Assembly (NCBI GenBank): GCA_016217875.1
Contig: JACRFN010000080.1
Span: 1-32,104 of the forward strand
Direction of reading: 5' to 3'
Length of the DNA stretch: 32,104 nt
Source: Candidatus Kerfeldbacteria bacterium
Lineage (GTDB): Bacteria; Patescibacteriota; Patescibacteriia; Veblenbacterales; UBA10138
Made by a program: the position numbers and the translations under genes. Of the stretch, positions 8,228-15,945 are shown in pieces (within the stretch, counting starts at the first letter, position 1; each line of letters begins with the position of its first letter). The notes under the pieces are model-generated. The model was given only the letters and a program-made list of their open reading frames with translations, was not told the DNA's origin and did no database searches.

Positions 8228-9197
8228 ATTGACGTTCAAAAGACTTAAGCTGTGGTAGGGTCAGCAATCCACGCTGGGCTCCAACCTGAAGTATGACTGA
8301 GCTGGAATTAAGCATGCCCCAGCGCATGGCCTGTTCTATCCTGCCGCCAGAACTCACGTAGCCAGCCAACCAACCAGAACCGAAACCATCGCCGGCGCCT
8401 GTAGTATTAACCAGCTCAACCTCCAGAGAATGGTGATAATACACCTGCCAGCCGTCGTAAAAATGGGCACCTTTAGCGCCTTCGGTCATTAAGACATTCT
8501 TAGCGCCTGATCTATGCAAGGCCTCAAGTAGGCCTGCAGTCGTACCGTCCCTTAATTTAAGATCGCGAGCTAAAAATTCAGCCTCGGCGTGGTTTAAATC
8601 AAGTATGGTTACATATGGCAAAAGCCTGCGCATGGCTCGGCTATCCTCGAGCTGCTTAGTGCCCGGGTTCCAAAATACACTTTGTTTATTCTCTTTAGCG
8701 GACTTGAATAAAGCCAATAGTTGACTGGACCAACGTGGCGATGCCAGAGACGTAACGTAAAACCAACTGCCGGGCACTGGTAGACTGCTCGGTATTTTTA
8801 GATTCTTAGCCGCGCCGCGCGCCACAAAAGCCACGTGGTCACGCGGTCCGCCGGTAGTGACCACAAAAGATAATGGCGTTGTCTCGGCGCTGTCACGTTG
8901 AAGGCGGTTAGTAACCACGCCCTTGAGGCGTAGATTCTTAACTACTTCGTCCCCGCGCCAATCCCTACCTAATCTAGTAATAATGGTGGCTGACAAACCC
9001 AAGCGAGTCAGTCCGACGCTGACGTTGGCCGCTCCCCCGCCGAAACCATAGGTGACGTCTTTGGCATCAAGTTTTCCGCCGTAGGGAAAGGCTAAAAACC
9101 GCCGACGCCGCCTGGCGGCTGACAATAATTTAGCCTCAGGAGTGGTAAAAAGAACGTCCCAAGTAGCGCTACCAATAACAAACACGTGGTTAACCAT
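8202..9197 (-). CDS. PfkB-family carbohydrate/nucleoside kinase (ribokinase-like)
   Basis: 331 aa. Contains GFGGGAANVSVGL (N-terminal GG motif) and NTTGAGDGFGSGWLAGY (C-terminal PfkB signature 2). Substrate unknown. Confidence 0.8.
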   Translation of the reverse strand: MVNHVFVIGSATWDVLFTTPEAKLLSAARRRRRFLAFPYGGKLDAKDVTYGFGGGAANVSVGLTRLGLSATIITRLGRDWRGDEVVKNLRLKGVVTNRLQRDSAETTPLSFVVTTGGPRDHVAFVARGAAKNLKIPSSLPVPGSWFYVTSLASPRWSSQLLALFKSAKENKQSVFWNPGTKQLEDSRAMRRLLPYVTILDLNHAEAEFLARDLKLRDGTTAGLLEALHRSGAKNVLMTEGAKGAHFYDGWQVYYHHSLEVELVNTTGAGDGFGSGWLAGYVSSGGRIEQAMRWGMLNSSSVILQVGAQRGLLTLPQLKSFERQYVKARGYD

Positions 9198-9246
9198 ATA
9201 ACAAATTGTACCACAGGCGAGGGCCTAGCCACTAGCCGCCGGCCAC

Positions 9247-9255
9247 TGCTATAGT
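9247..9255 (+). promoter_or_regulatory. Candidate extended -10 promoter (TGcTATAGT) for the only plus-strand gene
   Basis: TGCTATAGT at 9247-9255 lies 8 nt upstream of ATG 9264, which would imply a near-leaderless transcript. No convincing -35 box. Confidence 0.3.
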
Positions 9256-9257
9256 AA

Positions 9258-9614
9258 GTGTGTATGCTACTTATTTGGTACAACCGAATTATTGGGCTTG
9301 TTCTCTTTCTGTTGGGCTTGGCAGGTTTTTTTATAGTAAAAATACCCAACTTCGTTCAACTGGACTTATTCCAAAGCTTTGTCTATCTAATTTTTGGGGC
9401 TATAGGACTGCAGCTGGGCTGGGCTCAGGCCCAAAATAAAACGCGCTCCAGGTACGCTACGGCCACCGGGCTCTTGGGGCTTATATTTTTAGGCTTCGGG
9501 CTGACGCTACCTAACTTCGGCGATATCTTTCACTTGGAACTACCAGAACATGTTGGCCACGCGATTCTTGGCCTGACCGGCTGTATCGTAGGTGATTTAG
9601 GTAAAAAACGATAA
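9258..9614 (+). CDS. Small integral membrane protein, function unknown
   Basis: 118 aa (GTG 9258, or ATG 9264). Several hydrophobic spans (IIGLVLFLLGLAGFFIV, FVYLIFGAIGLQLGW, GLLGLIFLGFGL, GHAILGLTGCIV). The only plus-strand CDS in the window. Confidence 0.55.
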   Translation: MCMLLIWYNRIIGLVLFLLGLAGFFIVKIPNFVQLDLFQSFVYLIFGAIGLQLGWAQAQNKTRSRYATATGLLGLIFLGFGLTLPNFGDIFHLELPEHVGHAILGLTGCIVGDLGKKR

Positions 9615-9665
9615 ACTTTCATTGCCCAAACAGAGCACTGAACCCTGTTGGAAATTAAGCTTAAA

Positions 9666-10022
9666 CTACTTCAACGCCTGGTGCAGCGCCTCCAGCGGCA
9701 AGAGAGCACACCTGACACGATTGGGCCCTAGTTCAACGCCCACTAATTTAAGTAGCTCTTCTTTTTTTAAGGCCACGACTTCGGCCAGAGTTTTAGCTTG
9801 AACAAATTCCGCCAGCATATCGGCGGCGGCTTGCGATAACACGCAACCCTCACCCATCCACCGCGCCTGAACAATTTTATCATCTCTGGTCTGCAGGTAA
9901 AAAATCACACTGTCGCCGCAGGACGGATTCGCCGCCGTGCTACGCTTGTCGGCAGCCTTAAGTTCGCCCCGATGCTGCGGATGCTTATAATGATCCAGAA
10001 TATTCTGCTGATAAAGATCCAT
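9666..10022 (-). CDS. sufU: SUF-system Fe-S cluster assembly scaffold/sulfur acceptor SufU (NifU/IscU-like)
   Basis: 118 aa. Contains NPSCGD, GEGCVLSQAAADM and RVRCALLPLEAL, giving three conserved Cys in IscU/SufU spacing. Last gene of the suf cluster. Confidence 0.85.
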   Translation of the reverse strand: MDLYQQNILDHYKHPQHRGELKAADKRSTAANPSCGDSVIFYLQTRDDKIVQARWMGEGCVLSQAAADMLAEFVQAKTLAEVVALKKEELLKLVGVELGPNRVRCALLPLEALHQALK

Positions 10023-10060
10023 AAATAATTAGCCACTGGTTCCTAGCTATTAGCCAATAA

Positions 10061-11275
10061 TTAACTAAACAACCGTTTAGCTTTTTCAATACCTTCAATC
10101 AAACGATCAAAATCTTCTTTACTGTTGTAGATGGTGGCGCTGGCGCGGGTTGTGGCCGATATGTTGTACAGACGATGCAATGGCTGGGCGCAGTGATGCC
10201 CGGAGCGTACCGCAATATTAAGATCATCCAGCACACTGGATAAATCATGAGGATGAACGCCAGCTATGGTAAAAGCAAACACCGGACCACGATTTTGCGG
10301 CGTGCTGGGCCCGAGCAGATGCAAACCTGTCACGGCTAAAAGTTTAGGCAAGGCATAACGCGTTAACTCGTCTTCATAAGTCATATAATCTTGCCAACCT
10401 AAACTCATGACAAACTCAAGGGCCGCGCCCAAACCTATTACTTCGGCAATGGCCGGGGTGCCGGCTTCAAATTTAGCCGGTATATCAGCCCAAGTTGAAT
10501 CATCCCACTGCACTTCGTTTATCATACTGCCGCCGTACTGGAAGGGCGGTAAATCTTCAAGCCTGGCTCGCTTGCCATACAGCACACCCACGCCTGAGGG
10601 GCCAAACACTTTGTGCCCGGAAAAAGCCAAAAAGTCACAATCCAGAGTTTGCACGTCAAGCGGCCTGTGACTCGCCATTTGCGCTGCGTCTACCACCACC
10701 AGGGCGCCTAAAGCGCGAGCCCGTGGAATTATAACCTTGAGTTCGGTGACAGTCCCCAGCACATTCGACATTGCGCTCAAGGCTACTACCTTGGTCTTAG
10801 TGGTAAGATACTCATCTAACTTATCCAGATCCAATCTGCCGTCTGGAGTCAACGGTAAAAAACGTACGGTAAACCCATAACGTTTACCCATTTGCTGCCA
10901 AGGCACCAAGTTGGCGTGATGTTCAAGCTGACTCAGCAACACCTCATCTCCCGGCTTAAGCCGCTGGCTATAAGTTTGGGCCACCAGATTAAGCGCTTCA
11001 GTGGCGTTGCGGGTAAATATTATCTCCTCAAGCTGTCGCGCCTGGAGGAAACGAGCAGTTATGACGCGAGCGTTTTCATAAGCAGTGGTAGCCGCCTCCG
11101 ACAAGCGGTATATGCCGCGGTGAACATTAGCGTAACTGGTGCGATAACAACGGTCTATCGCTTCTAAGACCGCGGCAGGTTTTTGGGTAGAGGCGGCGTT
11201 ATCCAAAAAAGCCAGATTTTTATTAACTGGCTCGGCAAACACGGGGAATTGCCTGCGTATATTATCCGACAACAT
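10061..11275 (-). CDS. sufS: Cysteine desulfurase, SufS type (class V aminotransferase)
   Basis: 404 aa. Contains YANVHRGIY, FSGHKVFGPSGVGVLYG (PLP-binding Lys) and RSGHHCAQP (catalytic Cys loop). Confidence 0.9.
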   Translation of the reverse strand: MLSDNIRRQFPVFAEPVNKNLAFLDNAASTQKPAAVLEAIDRCYRTSYANVHRGIYRLSEAATTAYENARVITARFLQARQLEEIIFTRNATEALNLVAQTYSQRLKPGDEVLLSQLEHHANLVPWQQMGKRYGFTVRFLPLTPDGRLDLDKLDEYLTTKTKVVALSAMSNVLGTVTELKVIIPRARALGALVVVDAAQMASHRPLDVQTLDCDFLAFSGHKVFGPSGVGVLYGKRARLEDLPPFQYGGSMINEVQWDDSTWADIPAKFEAGTPAIAEVIGLGAALEFVMSLGWQDYMTYEDELTRYALPKLLAVTGLHLLGPSTPQNRGPVFAFTIAGVHPHDLSSVLDDLNIAVRSGHHCAQPLHRLYNISATTRASATIYNSKEDFDRLIEGIEKAKRLFS

Positions 11276-11281
11276 AAACGG

Positions 11282-12001
11282 TTAGTAACCGATTAAACCA
11301 CGTAACCGCGGCGACAACCCTGCCAAAGCCGGCTCCAAAAAAGCCGTAGTCAAAAGTTTTTCTGCCGCCAGACGATCCAAGCCTCGGCTCTGTAAATAGA
11401 ATAACTCTTCCGGAGACAGTTTGCCAACCGCCGTGCCATGTGAAGCCTTAACCTCATCGGTTAAAATCTCAAGCTTAGGTACCGACGTAGCCCGGGCCTT
11501 ATCCCCTATGAGCAAAGCTTTATCAGACAGATAGGTGTCCGTACCGGTAGCCTGTGGAGACACCTTAAGCAGGCCCCAAAATTCGCCGGCCGAGTTATCG
11601 GCCTGGACTCGGCGACTAACGACACGGCCAAAGGTTTGGGGGGCTAAATGTTCAAAAACATTCTCCACATAAATCTCCGCTCCTTGACTGGCCACTAGAG
11701 CAGTCTGTTCCTTAACTTTGGCGCCACGGCCAACTAGCCTTATATAGCTGAAAAATTTTGTGGCTGCTTTGGTCTTAAAAGCCACCACCACAGTCAGACT
11801 GCTGTCCTGAGCTACGCTGGCCTGAAGATTAAAAACCGACGGCAATGACGACAAGACCAGTAGTAAACTGGCCCCGGGTTCAACCTCCACGGTGTATTGA
11901 TTGTTAGTTGGCTTTGCTAAAAAAACTTCCTGCCTGGTACGGGGTGGAATCAGTATTTTAGCGCCCGAACTAAATTGTCTGGCAGGGCTGGCGGCGGTCA
12001 T
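11282..12001 (-). CDS. sufD: Fe-S cluster assembly protein SufD (short form)
   Basis: 239 aa. The C-terminal part ASHGTAVGKLSPEELFYLQSRGLDRLAAEKLL matches the SufB/SufD family C-terminus. Located between sufB and sufS. Confidence 0.75.
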   Translation of the reverse strand: MTAASPARQFSSGAKILIPPRTRQEVFLAKPTNNQYTVEVEPGASLLLVLSSLPSVFNLQASVAQDSSLTVVVAFKTKAATKFFSYIRLVGRGAKVKEQTALVASQGAEIYVENVFEHLAPQTFGRVVSRRVQADNSAGEFWGLLKVSPQATGTDTYLSDKALLIGDKARATSVPKLEILTDEVKASHGTAVGKLSPEELFYLQSRGLDRLAAEKLLTTAFLEPALAGLSPRLRGLIGY

Positions 12002-12004
12002 AAT

Positions 12005-13405
12005 TTATCCCACACTCCCTTCCATTTCCAACTCAATCAACCTATTTAACTCCAAGGCAAACTCCATAGGCAGTTCTTTGGCCACCGGCTCAATAAAGCC
12101 GGCCACAATCAAGGCGGCGGCTTCGGCCTCTGTCAGGCCGCGCGAGCGCAAGTAAAAAAGCTGCTCCTCACCCACCTTGGACACTGTGGCCTCGTGTTCC
12201 ATACTTACGTCATTAGAATCTATTTGCATGGTGGGGTAAGTGTCTGAGCGTGAATCCCCGTCTAACAGCAAGGCATCGCATCTTACTTTACTGCGTATGT
12301 TCATAGCCTGAGGGGCCACCTTAATTAGGCCACGATAGCTGGTGCGGCCGCCGCCGCGCGACACTGACTTGGACACGATATTGGAACTGGTGTCGGAAGC
12401 CAGATGTATGGCCTTGGCCCCGGCGTCCTGATGCTGGCCTGGGCCGGCAAAAGCCAGTGACAGCACGTCAGCCCGGGCGCCCCGCTCTTTCATAACTACG
12501 CAGGGATATTTCATGGTTACCTTGCTGCCGAAATTTCCATCCACCCATTCCACCACTGAGCCCTCGTAGGCCACGGCCCGTTTAGTCACCAGATTATATA
12601 CATTATTGGACCAATTCTGTATGGTGGTGTAACGCACCCGCGCATACGGCTTGGCTATAATCTCCACCACCGCGCAATGAAGTGAATCTACGGCATAGAC
12701 CGGCGCGGTGCAACCCTCCACGTAATGAACAAAACTGCCCTCCTCGGCCACAATCAGGGTGCGCTCAAACTGGCCCATGTTGCGGGCGTTAAGCCTAAAA
12801 TATGCCTGCAGTGGTATGGTGACGTGTACACCTTGGGGTACATAAACGAAACTGCCACCGCTCCAAACCGCTGAGTTTAAGGAAGCGAACTTATTGTCTT
12901 TCAGTGGTACCACCGTGCCAAAATATTGTTTCACTATCTCGGGATGACGCCTCAGGCCCTCATCCATATCAAGAAATATAACGCCCTGGTGCTGCCATTC
13001 CGCTTTGAGATTGTGATACACGGCCTCAGAATCATACTGCGCCCCCACCCCGGCCAAGAGCTTGGCTTCGGCTTGGGGAATACCCAGCTTGGTAAAAGTA
13101 TTTTTAATCCGCGCCGGGACGTCATCCCAGGTTTCAGCCCGCCTGGCTGACGGTTTTAAATAATAACAAATGCCGTCAAAGTTAATGCCTCCAAGATCAG
13201 CTCCCCAGGTTGGCAAAGCGGCCGTCTTAAACAACTCCAGGGCCTTAAGGCGCAATTGCCTCATCCAACCAGGTTCATTTTTGACAGCTGATATTTCCTC
13301 AACGACCCTGGCGCTTAAACCTGGGGGTATGGCATACACTGGTCTCAACTTGTCATGGAAACCGTATTCATATCGGCTGCCGATTTTTAAATCAGACTTA
13401 GCCAT
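12005..13405 (-). CDS. sufB: Fe-S cluster assembly protein SufB
   Basis: MAKSDLKIGSRYEYGFHD... from ATG 13405, an 8-nt ATGGCTAA overlap with the sufC stop. Typical SufB core (FERTLIVAEEGS.VHYVEGCTAP...EHEATVSKVGEEQLFYLRSRGL). The track's 13444 start adds 13 aa inside sufC. Confidence 0.9.
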   Translation of the reverse strand: MAKSDLKIGSRYEYGFHDKLRPVYAIPPGLSARVVEEISAVKNEPGWMRQLRLKALELFKTAALPTWGADLGGINFDGICYYLKPSARRAETWDDVPARIKNTFTKLGIPQAEAKLLAGVGAQYDSEAVYHNLKAEWQHQGVIFLDMDEGLRRHPEIVKQYFGTVVPLKDNKFASLNSAVWSGGSFVYVPQGVHVTIPLQAYFRLNARNMGQFERTLIVAEEGSFVHYVEGCTAPVYAVDSLHCAVVEIIAKPYARVRYTTIQNWSNNVYNLVTKRAVAYEGSVVEWVDGNFGSKVTMKYPCVVMKERGARADVLSLAFAGPGQHQDAGAKAIHLASDTSSNIVSKSVSRGGGRTSYRGLIKVAPQAMNIRSKVRCDALLLDGDSRSDTYPTMQIDSNDVSMEHEATVSKVGEEQLFYLRSRGLTEAEAAALIVAGFIEPVAKELPMEFALELNRLIELEMEGSVG

Positions 13406-14153
13406 GTGCCTCAACAAAATTACGATAACCGCTGCGTTCCACACGACGGGCTAATTTGCTGTCACCTGAAGCCACTATTTTGCCTCCGGTCATAATGTGC
13501 ACCTGATGGGGTTTAAAATAACGAAGCAACCGTGGATAATGTGTGATAACCATAATACTCGTGGTGGCGGCTATTTTTTTGAGCGCTTCCATAACGGTTT
13601 TCAGGGCATCTAAATCCAAACCGGAGTCAGTTTCATCCAAAATCGCCAGGCGCGGTTTTAAAACCATCAATTGCAGTATCTCAAAGCGCTTCTTCTCGCC
13701 GCCCGAGAAACCATCATTCAAGCTACGTTGCAGCAGATCTTCCCTAAACCTGAGGATTTTAATATTTTTTTCCAGTACTGGGCGGAAATCCTTGGCTGAC
13801 AATATTGGCTCGCCGCGAATTTTGGCTTGCGCATTCCTGGCACTGCGTAGAAACTGCTCCACTTGCAACCCCGGGACGGCTGGCGGGTACTGCCAAGCCA
13901 AAAAAAGCCCCCGCGCGGCTCGGGCGTCAGGTTTTATTTCAGTCAGGCGGCGGCCGGATAAATTGATATGGCCAGATGTCACTGTGTAGGCAGGATGACC
14001 CATTATCACCTGAGCCAAAGTCGATTTACCAGATCCGTTGGGCCCCATAACGGCATGAATCTCACCTGTTTTAATTTTAAGATTCAGCCCCTTGATGATC
14101 TCCTTACCCTCTACTGCCACGTGAAGGTTTCTTATTTCTAAAAGTCTGGGCAT
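13398..14153 (-). CDS. sufC: Fe-S cluster assembly ATPase SufC
   Basis: 251 aa. Walker A GPNGSGKST, ABC signature FSGGEKKR, Walker B LAILDETDSGLD. Confidence 0.92.
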   Translation of the reverse strand: MPRLLEIRNLHVAVEGKEIIKGLNLKIKTGEIHAVMGPNGSGKSTLAQVIMGHPAYTVTSGHINLSGRRLTEIKPDARAARGLFLAWQYPPAVPGLQVEQFLRSARNAQAKIRGEPILSAKDFRPVLEKNIKILRFREDLLQRSLNDGFSGGEKKRFEILQLMVLKPRLAILDETDSGLDLDALKTVMEALKKIAATTSIMVITHYPRLLRYFKPHQVHIMTGGKIVASGDSKLARRVERSGYRNFVEAHG

Positions 14154-14163
14154 GCCGCCGGTA

Positions 14164-14766
14164 TTACTTTTCCAGGCGAGCGGCTACGGTCGGCCAATTG
14201 ACCACATTCCACCAGGCCTCCACGTATTCAGGCCGACGGTTCTGGTACTTGAGGTAATAGGCATGCTCCCAAACATCCAAACCCAGCAAGGGCTTAAGAC
14301 CTTGTGAGATAGGGCTATCCTGATTAGCGGTTGTCACAATACTTAGCTCACCGGATGAGTCAGCTACCAACCAAGTCCAACCACTGCCAAACAACCCTAA
14401 AGTTGCTTTGGTAAAAGCTTCTCTAAACTTTGTCCAGTCGCCGAATGACTTAGCCAGCCTGGCTGCCAGTTCACCTTGCGGCTGGTCGCTGCCGCCTGGT
14501 TTCATTAAAGTCCAAAACAACGAATGGTTGTAATGGCCGCCGCCGTGATTACGCACGGCCGTACGAATAGCCTCGGGTGCAGAATCAAGCGAAGATAAAA
14601 GCTCCTCTAGACTTTTATTTTGCAACTCGGGTGCCTGCGCTAGTGCTTCATTAAGTTTAGCCACGTAGGCGGCATGATGTTTGGCGTGATGTATCTCCAT
14701 GGTCTTGGCGTCGATATAAGGCTCGAGCGCGTCGTAGGCGTAGAGGAGGTTGGGTAAGGCAAACAT
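14164..14766 (-). CDS. sodA: Superoxide dismutase, Fe/Mn family (Mn-type signature)
   Basis: 200 aa. Contains HHAKHH and [20 protein letters not shown] and TTANQD are the Mn-type variants of the discriminating motifs. Metal specificity is still an inference. Confidence 0.88.
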   Translation of the reverse strand: MFALPNLLYAYDALEPYIDAKTMEIHHAKHHAAYVAKLNEALAQAPELQNKSLEELLSSLDSAPEAIRTAVRNHGGGHYNHSLFWTLMKPGGSDQPQGELAARLAKSFGDWTKFREAFTKATLGLFGSGWTWLVADSSGELSIVTTANQDSPISQGLKPLLGLDVWEHAYYLKYQNRRPEYVEAWWNVVNWPTVAARLEK

Positions 14767-14801
14767 AAAACAATAAATTAATAATAAATTTTAAGTAGAA
14801 G

Positions 14802-15236
14802 TCAGGGTTTAGATGGCCAATCTACCACCGTTATAGTCGGCAGTATGTCAGCCAGGGTATACCGGGCCAATAGTCCATACAGTTTGCTGTGCACTTTTTG
14901 ATAACCAGTTTTACGCTCGCAGGCCGCCTGGCGCTCGCAACAGCGACCGTCGTGAGTACAGCGTACCGGCTCTAGCTCACCCTCCAGCGCGCGCAGTACA
15001 TCGATGAGTTTAAGCTTACCAGCTGGCTGGGCCAAGGCGTAACCACCCACCTTACCTTGACGGCTGACCACCAGATGCCCGGCAAGCAACCGGCGGGCTA
15101 AACGTTCCAGGTACTTAAGCGGCAAGCGTCGCTCACTGGCTACCGTAGCCAGGCTGGCGTACTGCCCCTTGCGTAAACCGGCCAAATAACCCACCAAAAG
15201 CAAACCATAATCGCCGCGGGCTGAAAGTTTGAGCAT
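14802..15236 (-). CDS. Rrf2-family transcriptional regulator (IscR/SufR-like, Cys-rich cluster-binding region)
   Basis: 144 aa. N-terminal winged-helix MLKLSARGDYGLLLVGYLA...LKYLERLARRL, followed by CTHDGRCCERQAAC as candidate Fe-S ligands. Heads the sod-suf gene string. Confidence 0.8.
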   Translation of the reverse strand: MLKLSARGDYGLLLVGYLAGLRKGQYASLATVASERRLPLKYLERLARRLLAGHLVVSRQGKVGGYALAQPAGKLKLIDVLRALEGELEPVRCTHDGRCCERQAACERKTGYQKVHSKLYGLLARYTLADILPTITVVDWPSKP

Positions 15237-15251
15237 AAATTAAGTATAGCA

Positions 15252-15278
15252 AAACTCCTACCTTTTGGGTAGGAGTTT
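15252..15278 (-). terminator. Hairpin after the CDGSH gene (candidate intrinsic terminator)
   Basis: Perfect 11-bp stem: aaactcctacc (15252-15262) pairs with ggtaggagttt (15268-15278), 5-nt loop. On the minus-strand RNA the 3' arm runs into UUUUGCU. Lies 25 nt past the CDGSH stop. Confidence 0.5.
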
Positions 15279-15302
15279 ATCAACAAGCTCAAACAGCTGT
15301 AA

Positions 15303-15497
15303 TTAAGCGGTTTCTTGGCGGTGGCCTTCGTCGTCGTAAACGTAAGTCTTGCCCTCGTTCTCGTCCTGGGTTTTGGTGTGGGAACCATCGCAAAACGGCT
15401 GATTCTTGGATAGGCCGCACATGCAAATCCAAACAGATTTGTCCTGCGGTTTGACCTCCATTGGCCCGTGAGCCGTTTTTTTAATCAGTCGCGCCAT
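15303..15497 (-). CDS. CDGSH-type iron-sulfur domain protein
   Basis: 64 aa. [16 protein letters not shown] is the C-x-C-x(8-10)-CDGSH signature of mitoNEET-like 2Fe-2S domains. Confidence 0.85.
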   Translation of the reverse strand: MARLIKKTAHGPMEVKPQDKSVWICMCGLSKNQPFCDGSHTKTQDENEGKTYVYDDEGHRQETA

Positions 15498-15531
15498 AAA
15501 AAATAATGCGGTTAATGATTACATCCTTATC

Positions 15532-15561
15532 ATCATATCACTTACACGTTTTATCTGTCCA
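15532..15561 (-). promoter_or_regulatory. Candidate sigma70-type promoter for the CDGSH gene
   Basis: Minus strand: -35 TGGACA (15561-15556), 18-nt spacer, -10 TATGAT (15537-15532), about 35 nt upstream of ATG 15497. The -35 box overlaps the end of the 36-nt palindrome by 2 nt. Confidence 0.35.
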
Positions 15562-15595
15562 CCATTTACCCTTTCGCGCGAAAGGGTAAATGGTG
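15560..15595. promoter_or_regulatory. Perfect 36-nt palindrome P1 (operator- or hairpin-like)
   Basis: caccatttaccctttcgc|gcgaaagggtaaatggtg: 18+18 nt, no mismatch. Lies between the ArsR-like stop (15609) and the CDGSH start (15497). Related to P2 at 15902-15931. Confidence 0.7.
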
Positions 15596-15608
15596 AATTC
15601 TACCACAA

Positions 15609-15887
15609 CTACGTCAACTGCCTAATAAGTTTAAGTAACGACTTCAAATGGAATGGCAAATCGTCATTAAGTTGATATAGTCCTGAATATCTATTTTGAT
15701 AACGCTCAAGAAAACCACCCTGGCGCAGCATGATGAGATGTTTTGAAGTTGACTTAAATGACAAATGTATAGCGGCCGCCACATCACCTACTGACTTTGA
15801 TCTACCATTTAACAGCAGTTCCATAATTTCTATACGTTTCCTGGCGGACAGCAAACGACACGACTTTTCCAGTTCGGTTATTTTCAT
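15609..15887 (-). CDS. ArsR/SmtB-like winged-helix transcriptional regulator
   Basis: 92 aa from ATG 15887, preceded by GGTAGGAGGT (SD) 5 nt upstream. KRIEIMELLLNGRSKSVGDVAAAIHLSFKSTSKHLIMLRQGGFLE is an ArsR-type HTH. The track's 143-aa version (to 16040) overlaps the upstream gene and has no RBS. Confidence 0.75.
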   Translation of the reverse strand: MKITELEKSCRLLSARKRIEIMELLLNGRSKSVGDVAAAIHLSFKSTSKHLIMLRQGGFLERYQNRYSGLYQLNDDLPFHLKSLLKLIRQLT

Positions 15888-15901
15888 ACTACCTCCTACC
15901 T

Positions 15902-15931
15902 CATTTACCGATTCGCGCGAATCGGTAAATG
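15902..15931. promoter_or_regulatory. Perfect 30-nt palindrome P2, relative of P1
   Basis: catttaccgattcgc|gcgaatcggtaaatg: 15+15 nt, no mismatch. Starts 15 nt upstream of the ArsR-like ATG. Shares the outer arms CATTTACC/GGTAAATG and the centre TCGCGCGA with P1. The inner stem differs by two compensated pairs (CT..AG versus GA..TC). Confidence 0.7.
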
Positions 15932-15945
15932 CTAAATTTTTAAAA

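Noticed and set aside
9626-9651. Possible bidirectional terminator between the convergent membrane-protein gene and sufU
   Set aside because: The stem is only 7 bp with a bulge (ccaaacag / ctgttgg) and has no flanking T/A tracts. This is not enough to call.
858-14000. Numerous 60-150-aa plus-strand ORFs inside korB, the EEP gene, korA, sufS, sufD, sufB and sufC (e.g. 858-1043, 2742-3137, 10407-10670, 13543-13989)
   Set aside because: Each is fully nested antisense within long minus-strand genes that carry strong family motifs. Their composition (Pro/Arg/Ser-rich) is typical of spurious antisense frames.
15140-15388. 82-aa minus-strand ORF spanning the Rrf2 start and CDGSH end; likewise 9092-9349, 5735-5956 and 7046-7255
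   Set aside because: These are out-of-frame overlaps with well-supported genes, with low-complexity or implausible sequence.
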